A stretch of DNA of 64,000 nt from an uncultured Chloroflexia bacterium (GCA_963741015.1 CAVUGP010000004.1:32025-96024); one strand, 5' to 3'; numbered from the stretch's first letter, positions 47,900 through 58,699 are shown. The notes: generated from the letters alone by a model not told the origin. A program made the numbers and translations.

Positions 47900-48434
47900 C
47901 CGCACGCCTGGGCCGCCGGGAAGATCGTGGCAGGGGTGTTAGCGGATGCGGTGAGGGATGAGGTGGTGTGGGAGGAGCACCGCCGGAACTCATCCAGCGC
48001 ACCGCGCGGGAACTCCTGGAAGCGCACGTTCCATCAAACGAGGGGTAATTTGTTCGGCGAATTGATCAGGTAATAATATCAAATCGAACTCATTTAAGAG
48101 CGGAGCGAGGCTAACACGCACGCCGACGGGAAGATCGTGGAAAGGTGTCTAATAGACAAGATGAAAAATGAGTGTATGTAGATAACTCATCGGGATATCA
48201 CACAGCTTATGGCAAGGGAATTATCGAATGTTGTACAAATTGTCTATGAAATATGCAAAACATGAAAAAATCTAATAAATTCATCATAAGGGTTTTTATA
48301 TATTTTTTGTAGATTATAATTAATAATAGCTAACTAGTAAATTTCTTATCAGGGAGACATTTTGCAGAGTTTTCTTTCAAGGATTTGGTTTATCCCTTCT
48401 AGTTATAAAAAAAACAAAAACCGTCTTTGGTGGG

Positions 48435-48767
48435 ATGGGTCCATTTAATCCACTTTTGGAAACCCAATACGAAAACGTCATTCAAACTGACCTTTTGATA
48501 GGACCACGCATTTTCTTCAGTCGTTCTCCTTTAACATTTGGACATTCTATTGTCATCATTCCAAAACCAATCAGTATTGAATACGTTTCCGAAGACACAT
48601 TCTTTCATTGGTCAGCACCCTTTATAGAATATGCAATTAATAAAATCTATCAAAAATTTGGCATTGAAGAGATTTATAAAAGTATTACATATCAGAATAT
48701 TTCTGAAAAAACCAGCACGAATGGAAATTATATAAAAACCATTAATTCTAAAAGCAAGTGCAAATGA
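48435..48767 (+). pseudogene. possible relic of a HIT-like gene (N-terminal half only)
   Basis: 110-aa ORF with SPLTFGHSIVIIPK, similar to the HIT-family P..pGH.LVIPK segment. No HxHxH motif is present, and downstream frames carry fragments broken by stops. Confidence 0.25.
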
Positions 48768-49024
48768 AAATATATCAAAGGAATATAAAATTATCTGAGT
48801 CCCTTTTTTCAAATCTCATAAAATGCTCAGTCAGAATCGTTTTCGTGAAGTAAATTCACTTTATCATTTAAGAGATTTACAAGGCGGTCTTCTTGGTTGG
48901 ATAGGAAAACGAGAAGATCTTGTTGATAAAACGGAAATCCCATTGTTATTAGGGGAAGGAGTGCCAGATTAAATTCTTAAATGAATTAGCCAATTTACTT
49001 TTCTAATTCGCAAAATCAACTAAG

Positions 49025-49569
49025 TTGAAAAGGGGATATCATCGGACTGGGGTCAATTGCAGTTATAGTATTTCATTTTTGTCATTAATCATATCAATTA
49101 TCCTATTTGTGATTAATCAGAAAAAAAGAAATTTACAAATTCTTTATGAACAAAATAACCTTCATGCAAGTAATGAAATTTTTATGGGGACAAGAAGATT
49201 ATGGGCCTTGTATTATGAAGAACAAAGATTTAGTAACTTCCTCAAAATTACCTTTAAATCAAAAACAAAGAATTTGCTGAATTATCCAAACAACCAATTG
49301 AAAAACGATTAGATTTTCAACGAAATACACTCCATTATCAGAGAAAATTGGTTACTCAGTTTTGGAGAAATCTTGCACTAATTATGAAACATAGACTTCT
49401 TCCTAGAAAACAAGCTTATTCCATTTGGGCGCAAACAACAGTCGAAATAATCCCAAAGGTACTTTTACAAATAGAAGAAGCCCTTGCCAATGAAAATCAC
49501 TCAAATCAATTTGATCCAGAAAAAGATGTATTACAGTTTATTGTAAAACGACAAAAGAAGTTTTATTAA
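49025..49569 (+). pseudogene. single-pass membrane protein of unknown function, apparently split at an A-run (ORF pieces 49025..49312 and 49348..49569)
   Basis: The N-terminal TM is SYSISFLSLIISIILFVI. The second frame is open from about 49258 (IKNKEFAELSKQPIEKRLDFQRNTLHYQRKLVTQFW...), so one indel in aaaaacaaag (49261..49270) would fuse the pieces. Confidence 0.3.
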
Positions 49570-50084
49570 GTAGTTTTATGAACTTTCTTTACCACTATCA
49601 CTAACTGCTTAATGTATTACAAATTGAGTAATCATAATCGCTAGAAATCATATTATCGGGAAAGACGCAGAAGTATTCGAACCATAAATGATAGCAAATT
49701 ATTGACTTAATAATTGATGATCATAAAAATATTCTATCTAAATTAACTCCAAACAATTAAAAGGAGAAGAAAAAATCAATAAAAATGTTTATTGTCGTTG
49801 ACATCCAGCATTTTTTATTTTTCAAAAATTGGCTTTTACATGAATAATGACTTTTATTCGTTTTTATTATCCATTGTCACAGAATGATCTCAAAAACCAA
49901 ACAATAATCATTGATCTCACATTTTTTCCAACATTAATCCCGTAATAATACCATTCAGAATATCAAAACCTCGCGCCCATTCGCCATACTTTGATCATCG
50001 AAAAATTTATGCAAAGCACAAAAATATAATGGCAAACGTAAACCTGAAATCCCGACCGGAATATCTGCTCGACATTTGCTTTTA

Positions 50085-50275
50085 CTGAGCGCCCTGCGAA
50101 ATCCCCAAAAACCCCAGCATCACCTCGAAGACCAGCGTATTATCATTGATCCCGCGCAGGGCTTCCGCGCCCGCGCCCATCGCCGTGACCGGGACGTGGG
50201 TGTGGGTGTGGCCGCCGGTCTCGTGGTCCGCGGTGACGATCAGCAGGGTGTTCTCGTCCCCCTCCGCTTCTTGCC
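50085..50275 (-). pseudogene. 3' fragment of an alkaline phosphatase gene (truncated, internally deleted copy of 52030..52318)
   Basis: The translation AEGDENTLLIVTADHETGG/HTHTHVPVTAMGAGAEALRGINDNTLVFEVMLGFLG is near-identical to the C-terminus of the intact PhoA at 52030..53253. It lacks about 100 nt between two cgccgg repeats. Confidence 0.8.
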
Positions 50276-50329
50276 TCCTAGTCACCCTCAGGCAGTGCAT
50301 AGAGCTCCTCAATGGTCAAACCAAAGGTA

Positions 50330-51850
50330 TCACTGATGAAAGACTCCATTAACTCCACGGAATGCAGGTATATATCTATCTATCTCAGGGTCATTGTAGG
50401 CGTTGATGAAGTATTCTTCCACAGTCATATCATTGTTACTGCACCAGCCGTCGACATGCTCATTCGTATCAACAAAAAACTCAAAATCAGCACCGCCCTG
50501 ATCGTTATCGTCTGCTTTAACATAAAAGTTCTTATTGGCAATATAATAGATCACATTTACACGATATTCATCACTTATAGGCTGGAAAAAAACAACGTCA
50601 AATTCCTTCTCAATCCCTTCCGCGCGGTTGATTTGGATGTTCGTATATATTCCTTCGTGTTGCTCATACACAAAATTCCCAGTGGTCTCATCCAGAACAA
50701 AGCCCAGGTTCTTGAGCGTTGGCGGCTCATACGGCAGCGAATACAGCTTGTCGGCGGTCATACTGAATGTTGTACGGATGGTGTCGTCAAAAATGCGGAT
50801 AGGCGCGAGCAGCACATCTTCGCCTTCCGCGACGTCCATTACCGCGCGTACGGCCTGCTCCGAACTCTCACGGTCTGATCCGAAGATAAAGGTGCCGTTT
50901 GCCGCGTCGTAGACGTAGTTCATGAGTCCCTCGCCGTTTTTGTCCATTTGAAATACGTAGGCGTCGATATCGCCATAGAAACCTATAGCCAGCTTATAGT
51001 CGCCCTCCAGATACATTGAAACCCGGATGATATTCGCGTCCCATTCCATTGGAGGAGCGCCCCATACCGAATGGTTGATGGTTATAGAGGCATCCTCACC
51101 ATCAAAGTTCGCCTGGTTGCTGGCATCGTCCATGCTAAATCCAAGCTCTTTGAGCGTGAACGCCATAGTAAAATCTTTTTTCTCGAGGTTCGGGTATATC
51201 TCGGCCAGAGGGGAATAGTCGTTTATCGAGCTGTTTGCCAGGTACAGGTACTTCAGACTCGTCAGTGAGGTCAACGGCGATACGTCAGTGATCGTCGAAT
51301 GATCAAGCCTGAGGAATTCCAGATTGACCAGCATCGCAAGCGGGCTGTAGTCCTGCGCCGCGCAGTTGGAAAGCGTCAGCCCTTTCAGGCTCGTCAACCC
51401 GGCAAGCGGTGTAATATCAGCGACCGGATTGCCGTCCAGTGACAGCGAAGTGAGCTTATTGAGCCCTGCCAGCGGTGAGATGTCAGTAATTGCATGAAAG
51501 GACAGGTCAAGGCTTTCAAGGTTTGTGAAGTTTTCCAGCCCGCCGATATCCTTGATCGGTGTCCCTTCGGAAATGTACCGCTGCAATCCCAGGCTAAGGT
51601 TCAGGATCGTCACGGCCTGCGCCTCTTCCACAGTGATGCCGGCTTCCGGCTTGCCCATCGCCCCGCGTACCATCGCCTCCAGCACCGGATCAGCAAACGT
51701 TACGACGGCAGGCACCGGATCAGCATATCGTGGCGACGGCAGGCACCGCAGTAGTCACGATCGATGGGGTCGATGTTGCGGTGGGTGCGCCGCAGGACGC
51801 AAGCCCACTGGCCAGCATAGCAACCAGCAGTATGTAAAGTGTCTTTTTCA
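50330..51850 (-). pseudogene. leucine-rich-repeat (internalin-like) lipoprotein, signal peptide separated from body by a frameshift (ORF pieces 51720..51902 and 50330..51715)
   Basis: A TTG at 51850 preceded by AAGGAG gives MKKTLYILLVAMLASGLASC (lipobox). The body has about 22-residue LRRs (ITDISPLAGLNKLTSLSLDGNPVADITPLAGLTSLKGLTLSN...). The break lies in the second unit of a 30/31-nt tandem repeat (51683..51743). Confidence 0.7.
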
Positions 51851-52029
51851 ATGAAAAATAACTCCTTTGATTAATTATGCCGTAAATAGTGAAGCCAAGC
51901 ATCCTTTTTAGTTCAGATAGTCAATCTGAAACAAAAAAGGAAAGTGCCCAATCAAAATTTTACACTATCCTCTAATTATCTGTTGTAATACTTTTTTACT
52001 TTCGCAAACAAGATTAGATTACCTGTCCC

Positions 52030-53253
52030 CTACCTCTCCGCCCCCAGGAAACCCAGCATCACCTCGAAGACCAGCGTATTGTCATGGATTCCGCGCAGGG
52101 CTTCCGCGCCCGCGCCCATCGCCGTGACCGGGACGTGGGTATAGGTGTGGTCGCCGGAGTGCCAGCTCAGGTAGAAGTCCTCGCCGTTGGGCGTCCGGAA
52201 GGGGCCGTCCTCGTTCACCACGCCGGTCGGTTCGGTGTTCACCACCAGGCCGCCGGTCTCGTGGTCCGCGGTGACGATCAGCAGGGTGTTCTCATCTCCC
52301 TCGGCCGCCGCCACCCCCACCGCCACAGCCTCGTCGAACCCGATCACGTCGTCGATCACATTCTGCGATTCGTGGAAGTGGCTGGCGATGTCGATCATCG
52401 CGCCCTCCACCATCAGGAAATAGCCGTTCGGGTTTTGCGAGAGGATCGCGATGGCGGTCTCGGTCATTGCCGCCAGCGAGGGCGCATAGGGGCGTTCCAT
52501 GTTCTCGTCGGCGAACAGCCCCAGCACGTGCGTGTCCACCGCGGGGTCCAGCGCGGCGAAGCCGGCCGCATCGCAGACATATGTATAGCCGTCCGCCTGA
52601 GCTTCTTCGATCAGGTCCCGCCCGTCGGTGCGGTTGCCCGGTGCGGGGTAACAGCCGGATTCACCTGCGGGCAGGAAGTCATCCTCGCCGCCCCCCAGGA
52701 TCACGTCCACCCGGTGTTCGAGGAACTGCGCGGCGATCTCCGCCCGCATCCCGCTCTCCGGGACATGCGCGGCGAAGGCCGCAGGGGTGGCGTCGGTGAG
52801 GAACTTGGTGGAGACCAGCCCCACCGACATGCCCTGCGCCTGGGCGATCTCGAGGATCGTTTCGAGGGCGTTGCCCTCAACGTCCATCCCGACCACGTCG
52901 ATATCCGTGCGCACGCCCGTGCCCAGCGCGGTGGCCGCCGCGGCCGAATCGGGCAGGGTCCCGCCGTAGGAATCGGTGACCATCCAGCCGAAGACCGGCA
53001 GCGAATCCATCACCAGCGGGTTGGCTTCGCCGAATTCGGCGTACTGCCCGGCCTTGCGGTGTTCCGCGCCCATCCCGTCCCCGATGAAGAGCAGGATCCG
53101 TGGGCGGACACGGGCTGTGACGGTCGCCGTTGCGGTCGCCGTTGCGGTCGCGGTTGCGGTGGCGGGTGGTGCTGAGGTCGCGGTGGGCGTCGGCGTGCGG
53201 ATACAGCCGGTGAGGAGCAAGACAAGTGTGAGCGTTAAAAACAGTTTCTTCAT
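52030..53253 (-). CDS. phoA: alkaline phosphatase (PhoA family) lipoprotein
   Basis: LLLTGC lipobox. DSAAAATALGTG active-site Ser motif, then TADHETGG and DHTYTHVP metal ligands. 407 aa. Confidence 0.85.
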   Translation of the reverse strand: MKKLFLTLTLVLLLTGCIRTPTPTATSAPPATATATATATATATVTARVRPRILLFIGDGMGAEHRKAGQYAEFGEANPLVMDSLPVFGWMVTDSYGGTLPDSAAAATALGTGVRTDIDVVGMDVEGNALETILEIAQAQGMSVGLVSTKFLTDATPAAFAAHVPESGMRAEIAAQFLEHRVDVILGGGEDDFLPAGESGCYPAPGNRTDGRDLIEEAQADGYTYVCDAAGFAALDPAVDTHVLGLFADENMERPYAPSLAAMTETAIAILSQNPNGYFLMVEGAMIDIASHFHESQNVIDDVIGFDEAVAVGVAAAEGDENTLLIVTADHETGGLVVNTEPTGVVNEDGPFRTPNGEDFYLSWHSGDHTYTHVPVTAMGAGAEALRGIHDNTLVFEVMLGFLGAER

Positions 53254-53259
53254 AAGGGC

Positions 53260-54789
53260 CTAGGGGCTGCAGGTGGGCCACACCAGCGCGTCGATATCCG
53301 CCAGGTCGGCGTTGTTCCAGATCTCATAACTCCGGTCATCCAGCAGGCCATAATTGGCGTCGAAAAGGTCATTGAACAGCAGCCGGAAGACGTTCACCAG
53401 TGAGACATTCTCGTAGAACCCCGCCGCGGCCGGGTCCTGCCCCTGCAGGTAGATGGCGAACAGGTTCATCATCCGCTCCTCGATCGGCCGCCCTTTGACG
53501 ATCGCTCCGTGGTCGCCCATCACGATGATGATCGGCGGCTTGTCGGATTTGGCGATGATCTCCGCCAGGATGTCCGGCAGCACGGAATCGATGAACTGGG
53601 CCGATTCGACGTATTCTTCGCCGTTGATCTTGCGGGTGGGGTTGAAGGAGCCGTCCGCCTTGAAGACGAAGGGGTCATGGGTCACGAGCAGGTGGGCGTA
53701 GACGAACTTGTTGCCGGGCAATGCCGGAAGCGTAGGCAGGGTTGGCAGGGTGTCCAGCGCGTAGAGTGTGTCGCGGTAGTGCCGCAGGAGGAGGTTGTCG
53801 TCGAAGGGCCGCACCCACGACTCCGGGAAGACGCCGTTCAGGTCGGTCAGGATGCGCAGGATCGAGGTGTCGACGACCAGCTTTTCAAATTCGCTGATGC
53901 TGCCGGTGAGCGTCGCCTCCCGGGCGAAGCGGATGTCGTCGTTGATGTTGAAGTGCTGGAAGACGAAATTCTGGAAGGTCACGGTCTGGTAGTTGTGGTC
54001 ATGCAAAATCTGGAAGACCGTGCTCTCGTTCAGCGGCGGGAAGACCAGGTTATCATCGTCCCGGTAGATGTGGTGCAGGTAGTCCATGCCGAACATCGAG
54101 GCGGTCGAGAAATAGGTGCCGGGATAGTTCGAGGTGGAGCAGTCCGCCACCCAGAAGCCTAGCTCTTCGAGCCGGCCGGTGAAAGCGGCGTTATCGTAGC
54201 CATAGACGTCCCGCAGTACGTCCGAACGGGCGTGCCCGTCCACCAGGATCAGGTAGATGTCGGGCAGGTTGGCGAGCTCCGCTTCCGAGAGCGTCGAAGC
54301 ATTGGGATTATTGGTATCCGCCGCGGCCGCTTCGGTGTGATAGACCCTGTACTGGTAGATCCCGATTGAGACCAGCAGGTAAACGCTGATCGCCAGAAAG
54401 CCCATCAGGACGGCCGAATTCAGGGTTTTGACATCCTTCACCCTAAAGGCGATCAGCGCGCCGACCCCGAGGAACAGCACGGCGTAGATCGTCAGCAGCA
54501 GCCAGTGCGGGATCGCCAGCCCGGCGCGTTGCGTCAGCAGCAGGTAAACGTTGCCGTAGGTCAGCAGGAGGAAGATCAGCAGCCCGGAGAGCAGGCCTGA
54601 TTTCAGCGGGTCCCTGAGGATCAGGAAAAAGATGGCGTAGAAAACCGCCGTGACCGCGAGCGAGATGAAGAGCGTGCGGAGGATCGCGGTGAAAGTGACG
54701 AATTCCAGGTTCGCATTCATCAGCGACAGGATCGGGAATATCGCCAGGAACAGGGGGGTCAGGACTTCATACCATTTGATCTTTTTCAC
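53260..54789 (-). CDS. membrane-anchored sulfatase-like protein, paralog of 226..1671
   Basis: 509 aa. N-terminal helices, then DIYLILVDGHARSDVLRDVYGYDNAAFTGRLEELGFWVADCSTSNY, which aligns with DIYLIVLDTYMRSDLLKNEHGYDNSDFIRQLEDHGFYVADCSRSNY of the first gene. VYAHLLVTHDP and IIVMGDHG also align. Confidence 0.6.
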   Translation of the reverse strand: MKKIKWYEVLTPLFLAIFPILSLMNANLEFVTFTAILRTLFISLAVTAVFYAIFFLILRDPLKSGLLSGLLIFLLLTYGNVYLLLTQRAGLAIPHWLLLTIYAVLFLGVGALIAFRVKDVKTLNSAVLMGFLAISVYLLVSIGIYQYRVYHTEAAAADTNNPNASTLSEAELANLPDIYLILVDGHARSDVLRDVYGYDNAAFTGRLEELGFWVADCSTSNYPGTYFSTASMFGMDYLHHIYRDDDNLVFPPLNESTVFQILHDHNYQTVTFQNFVFQHFNINDDIRFAREATLTGSISEFEKLVVDTSILRILTDLNGVFPESWVRPFDDNLLLRHYRDTLYALDTLPTLPTLPALPGNKFVYAHLLVTHDPFVFKADGSFNPTRKINGEEYVESAQFIDSVLPDILAEIIAKSDKPPIIIVMGDHGAIVKGRPIEERMMNLFAIYLQGQDPAAAGFYENVSLVNVFRLLFNDLFDANYGLLDDRSYEIWNNADLADIDALVWPTCSP

Positions 54790-55067
54790 CGGTAATTCCT
54801 CAGGTGGTGGTGAGTCATGGGATTGGGAATTATTATACTGTCAGTCAACTACCTATTCAAATGGCGAATCAAACCATGAAACCAGCAAACATCAGGAGGT
54901 GCGTACTTTCTGTGATGGCGCTGGTCCTTCTCTTTGTTTGGCAAGACACGCAAACCCGGGACGATTTCCACTAATTCAATAATATAATGTTGCTTAGGAA
55001 TGTTTTACAGAAAAAATTCTTCGTAATCTGGTGTAAAGCGCTGGCACTTTTTCATCTTTGAAAAGGA

Positions 55068-55961
55068 ATGGCAATGACGACAATCTCACCATCTGAACGT
55101 AAAATCCGAAAGAGCTTACCCTTGATCCGCTTCTTTCAGAATTTCATCCCGCTCTCGCTGTCGCAGCGTCTTCTCAAGCGCGGGAGGGCCCGTGTTCAAC
55201 TGGATGAGGATGTGAGTCGTCAGTCTGTTAACGCGGATGGCGTTCCATGTGATTGGATCATTCCCAAAAACAGCACGGCTGACCAGGTGCTGCTCTACTT
55301 GCACGGGGGCGGCTTCGTCTATGGGCTGACGCCGCAGCATCTCCAAATGGGCGCATATTTAGGGAAAAAGATGGGTGTTCGCGTCCTGATGGTGGATTAT
55401 CGTACCGCACCTGAGTTCCCTTTCCCTGCCGCTTTGGAGGATTGCACGACCGTTTATCATTGGCTTTTAGGCCAGGGTGTTTTACCTAAGAATATCGTGG
55501 TCGCAGGCGATTCGGCGGGCGGCAATTTGACGATCACAATGTTGATGAAATTACGCGACAGCGGAAGTCCTCTCCCGGCGGCAGCGGCCTGTCTCTCGCC
55601 GGTAACCGACTTCTCGCCCAAGGACAATCCGGCTGGGTTTAAAGATCCGCTCCTCCCGGCGAAGGCGATTAAATTCTATACACAAGCCTACCTGGGAAAC
55701 AATGATGTCCGGAACCCCCTGATCTCACCCGTGTTCGGCAGCTTGGAGGGTCTGCCGCCATTGCTGGTGCATGCCGGCGAGGAAGAGATCCTGCGTGAAG
55801 ATGCGGTCCGGATTGTGGGGCTGGCAAAATCGGCCGGCGTCGATGCGCGGCTGGAGATTTACCCGCGCATGTGGCATGTCTGGCAGATCAACCTTGCCTT
55901 ACCGCAAGCCATCGAATCGCTCAATGCCATCGCGGGTTTCCTCAAATCGCATTTGGCGTAG
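55068..55961 (+). CDS. alpha/beta hydrolase, hormone-sensitive-lipase-type esterase
   Basis: LYLHGGGFVYG oxyanion motif and GDSAGGNL nucleophile elbow. 297 aa. Confidence 0.8.
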   Translation: MAMTTISPSERKIRKSLPLIRFFQNFIPLSLSQRLLKRGRARVQLDEDVSRQSVNADGVPCDWIIPKNSTADQVLLYLHGGGFVYGLTPQHLQMGAYLGKKMGVRVLMVDYRTAPEFPFPAALEDCTTVYHWLLGQGVLPKNIVVAGDSAGGNLTITMLMKLRDSGSPLPAAAACLSPVTDFSPKDNPAGFKDPLLPAKAIKFYTQAYLGNNDVRNPLISPVFGSLEGLPPLLVHAGEEEILREDAVRIVGLAKSAGVDARLEIYPRMWHVWQINLALPQAIESLNAIAGFLKSHLA

Positions 55962-55996
55962 AGCATTGATCACTTCAGGGAAAACGGATCTGAATT

Positions 55997-56031
55997 AACA
56001 AAAAGACCGCTCAAGAGTGATCTTGAGCGGT
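55997..56031 (-). terminator. intrinsic terminator downstream of tRNA-Arg (may also serve the convergent esterase gene)
   Basis: Perfect 11-bp stem accgctcaaga/tcttgagcggt (56006..56016 and 56021..56031) with a 4-nt loop. On the minus strand it is followed by cttttt. Confidence 0.65.
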
Positions 56032-56036
56032 TCGTG

Positions 56037-56109
56037 TACCCTCGGTGCGACTCGAACGCACAACCTACTACTCCGCAAGCAGTTGCTCTATCCATTAAGC
56101 TACGAGGGC
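56037..56109 (-). tRNA. tRNA-Arg (anticodon GCG)
   Basis: Hand-folded from the minus strand. Acceptor gccctcg/cgagggt (G1-U72), T arm gtgcg-ttcgagt-cgcac, anticodon stem actgc/gtagt, loop ttGCGga. 73 nt, no encoded CCA. Confidence 0.85.
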
Positions 56110-56158
56110 TTTCTTACAGGCGTTAAATTCTATTCCATATCGTCCGGCTGGTCAAGCC

Positions 56159-57591
<1,433 letters not shown>

Positions 57592-57628
57592 AGTACTTTA
57601 AATTCCTATCTTTATCCGTTGCCGGGTA

Positions 57629-58699
57629 TTAGTCTTCTTTGGATTCTTCTTCTATTTCTTCAGATTCTTTAATTTCTTCTTCGGCCTCTGCTTCAGCCTT
57701 TTCGGGTGCTTCCGATCCACCGGATTGCTCTTCAGGTGTTTCAACTTCGTCGATTTCGGCTTCTGCTTCTGCGGCTTCCTCAGCTTGCTCCTCAGGCGTC
57801 TCAACCTCTTCTTCGCCGCCTTGTTCTTCTTCTACGAGCTCTTCTTTATCTTCCTCATCCTCAACGTCCTTGGGTTTCTTGGAAGTGCCAAGGTGTTTCA
57901 AGGTTGATTCGCCCAGCAGGGCTTCATCTTCCAACTCTTCATCTTCCGTGAAGCGGGAAACTTCAGCGGGTATGGTTGATTCAAGCATTTCTTCGTCTTC
58001 GGCTTCTTTGCCGCGGATGGTCATACCTTCCATCACTGCATCGGCGATCTTCCCAACCAATAATTTGATGGCACGGATCGCGTCGTCGTTGGAGGGAATA
58101 AGGTAATCGACATCTTTCGGGTCGCAGTTGGTATCCACCAGCGCCACCACCGGGATGTCCTTGAGGTTCGCTTCATGTACGGCCGTATCCTCACGGTTGA
58201 CATCGATCACGAACAGGACGTCGGGCAGGCGTTTCATTGTGCGGATACCGCTCAGGCGCATTTCCAGCCGGGCGATCTCGCGCTCGATCATCAAGCCTTC
58301 CTTTTTGGTCAGCAGGTTGATCTCGCCGCTGTCGCGCATGCGTTCCAGACGTTCAAGTTCAAAGATCCGTTTCTGGATCGTGAACCAGTTGGTCAGGGTG
58401 CCGCCGAGCCAGCGTTCATTGACATAGGGCATGCCGCAGCGTTCTGCCTGTTCGGCCACAGTATCCTGGGCCTGGCGTTTAGTGCCAACGAACAACACAG
58501 TACCGCCTTCGGCGACTTTATCGCGGATGAAGTCATAGGCGTCATCAAGTAATTTGACGGTCTGCTGGAGGTCGATGATATGGATTCCATTGCGCTCGGT
58601 GAAAATATACTGGCGCATTTTGGGGTTCCATTTATTGGTCCGGTGACCAAAATGGACACCGCTCTCGAGGAGCGCTTTCATTGTAACAACGGGTGACAT
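57629..58699 (-). CDS. rpsB: 30S ribosomal protein S2 with long acidic C-terminal extension
   Basis: [29 protein letters not shown] and DTNCDP. 356 aa, of which roughly the last third is a Glu/Asp/Ala-rich tail. Confidence 0.95.
   Translation of the reverse strand: MSPVVTMKALLESGVHFGHRTNKWNPKMRQYIFTERNGIHIIDLQQTVKLLDDAYDFIRDKVAEGGTVLFVGTKRQAQDTVAEQAERCGMPYVNERWLGGTLTNWFTIQKRIFELERLERMRDSGEINLLTKKEGLMIEREIARLEMRLSGIRTMKRLPDVLFVIDVNREDTAVHEANLKDIPVVALVDTNCDPKDVDYLIPSNDDAIRAIKLLVGKIADAVMEGMTIRGKEAEDEEMLESTIPAEVSRFTEDEELEDEALLGESTLKHLGTSKKPKDVEDEEDKEELVEEEQGGEEEVETPEEQAEEAAEAEAEIDEVETPEEQSGGSEAPEKAEAEAEEEIKESEEIEEESKED

Larger units (their letters stand above)
48040..50075. other. strongly AT-rich island of about 2 kb with only short, decayed ORFs
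   Basis: Base composition switches abruptly by eye at about 48040 (gaggggtaatttg) and about 50075 (ctcgacatttgc). Flanking DNA is GC-rich coding sequence. No mobility gene is visible. Confidence 0.7.

Noticed and set aside
47900-48260. Diversity-generating retroelement (TR/VR pair) as an explanation for the GC-rich/AT-rich duplicate.
   Set aside because: There is no reverse transcriptase gene in the window. Substitutions are not restricted to adenine positions of one copy (T/C and C/T changes and indels also occur). Neither copy lies at the 3' end of an intact target gene.
48040-50075. Prophage, IS element or integrative island with identifiable mobility genes.
   Set aside because: No integrase, transposase, terminal inverted repeats or att-like tRNA fragment could be found by eye on either strand. 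Only composition and flanking rearrangements point to foreign origin.
53119-53166. Short tandem repeats (the phoA Ala-Thr repeat, and the LRR 30-nt repeat at 51683..51743) considered as CRISPR-like arrays.
   Set aside because: The repeats are directly tandem without spacers, lie inside coding sequences and number only 2-4 units. No cas genes are present.
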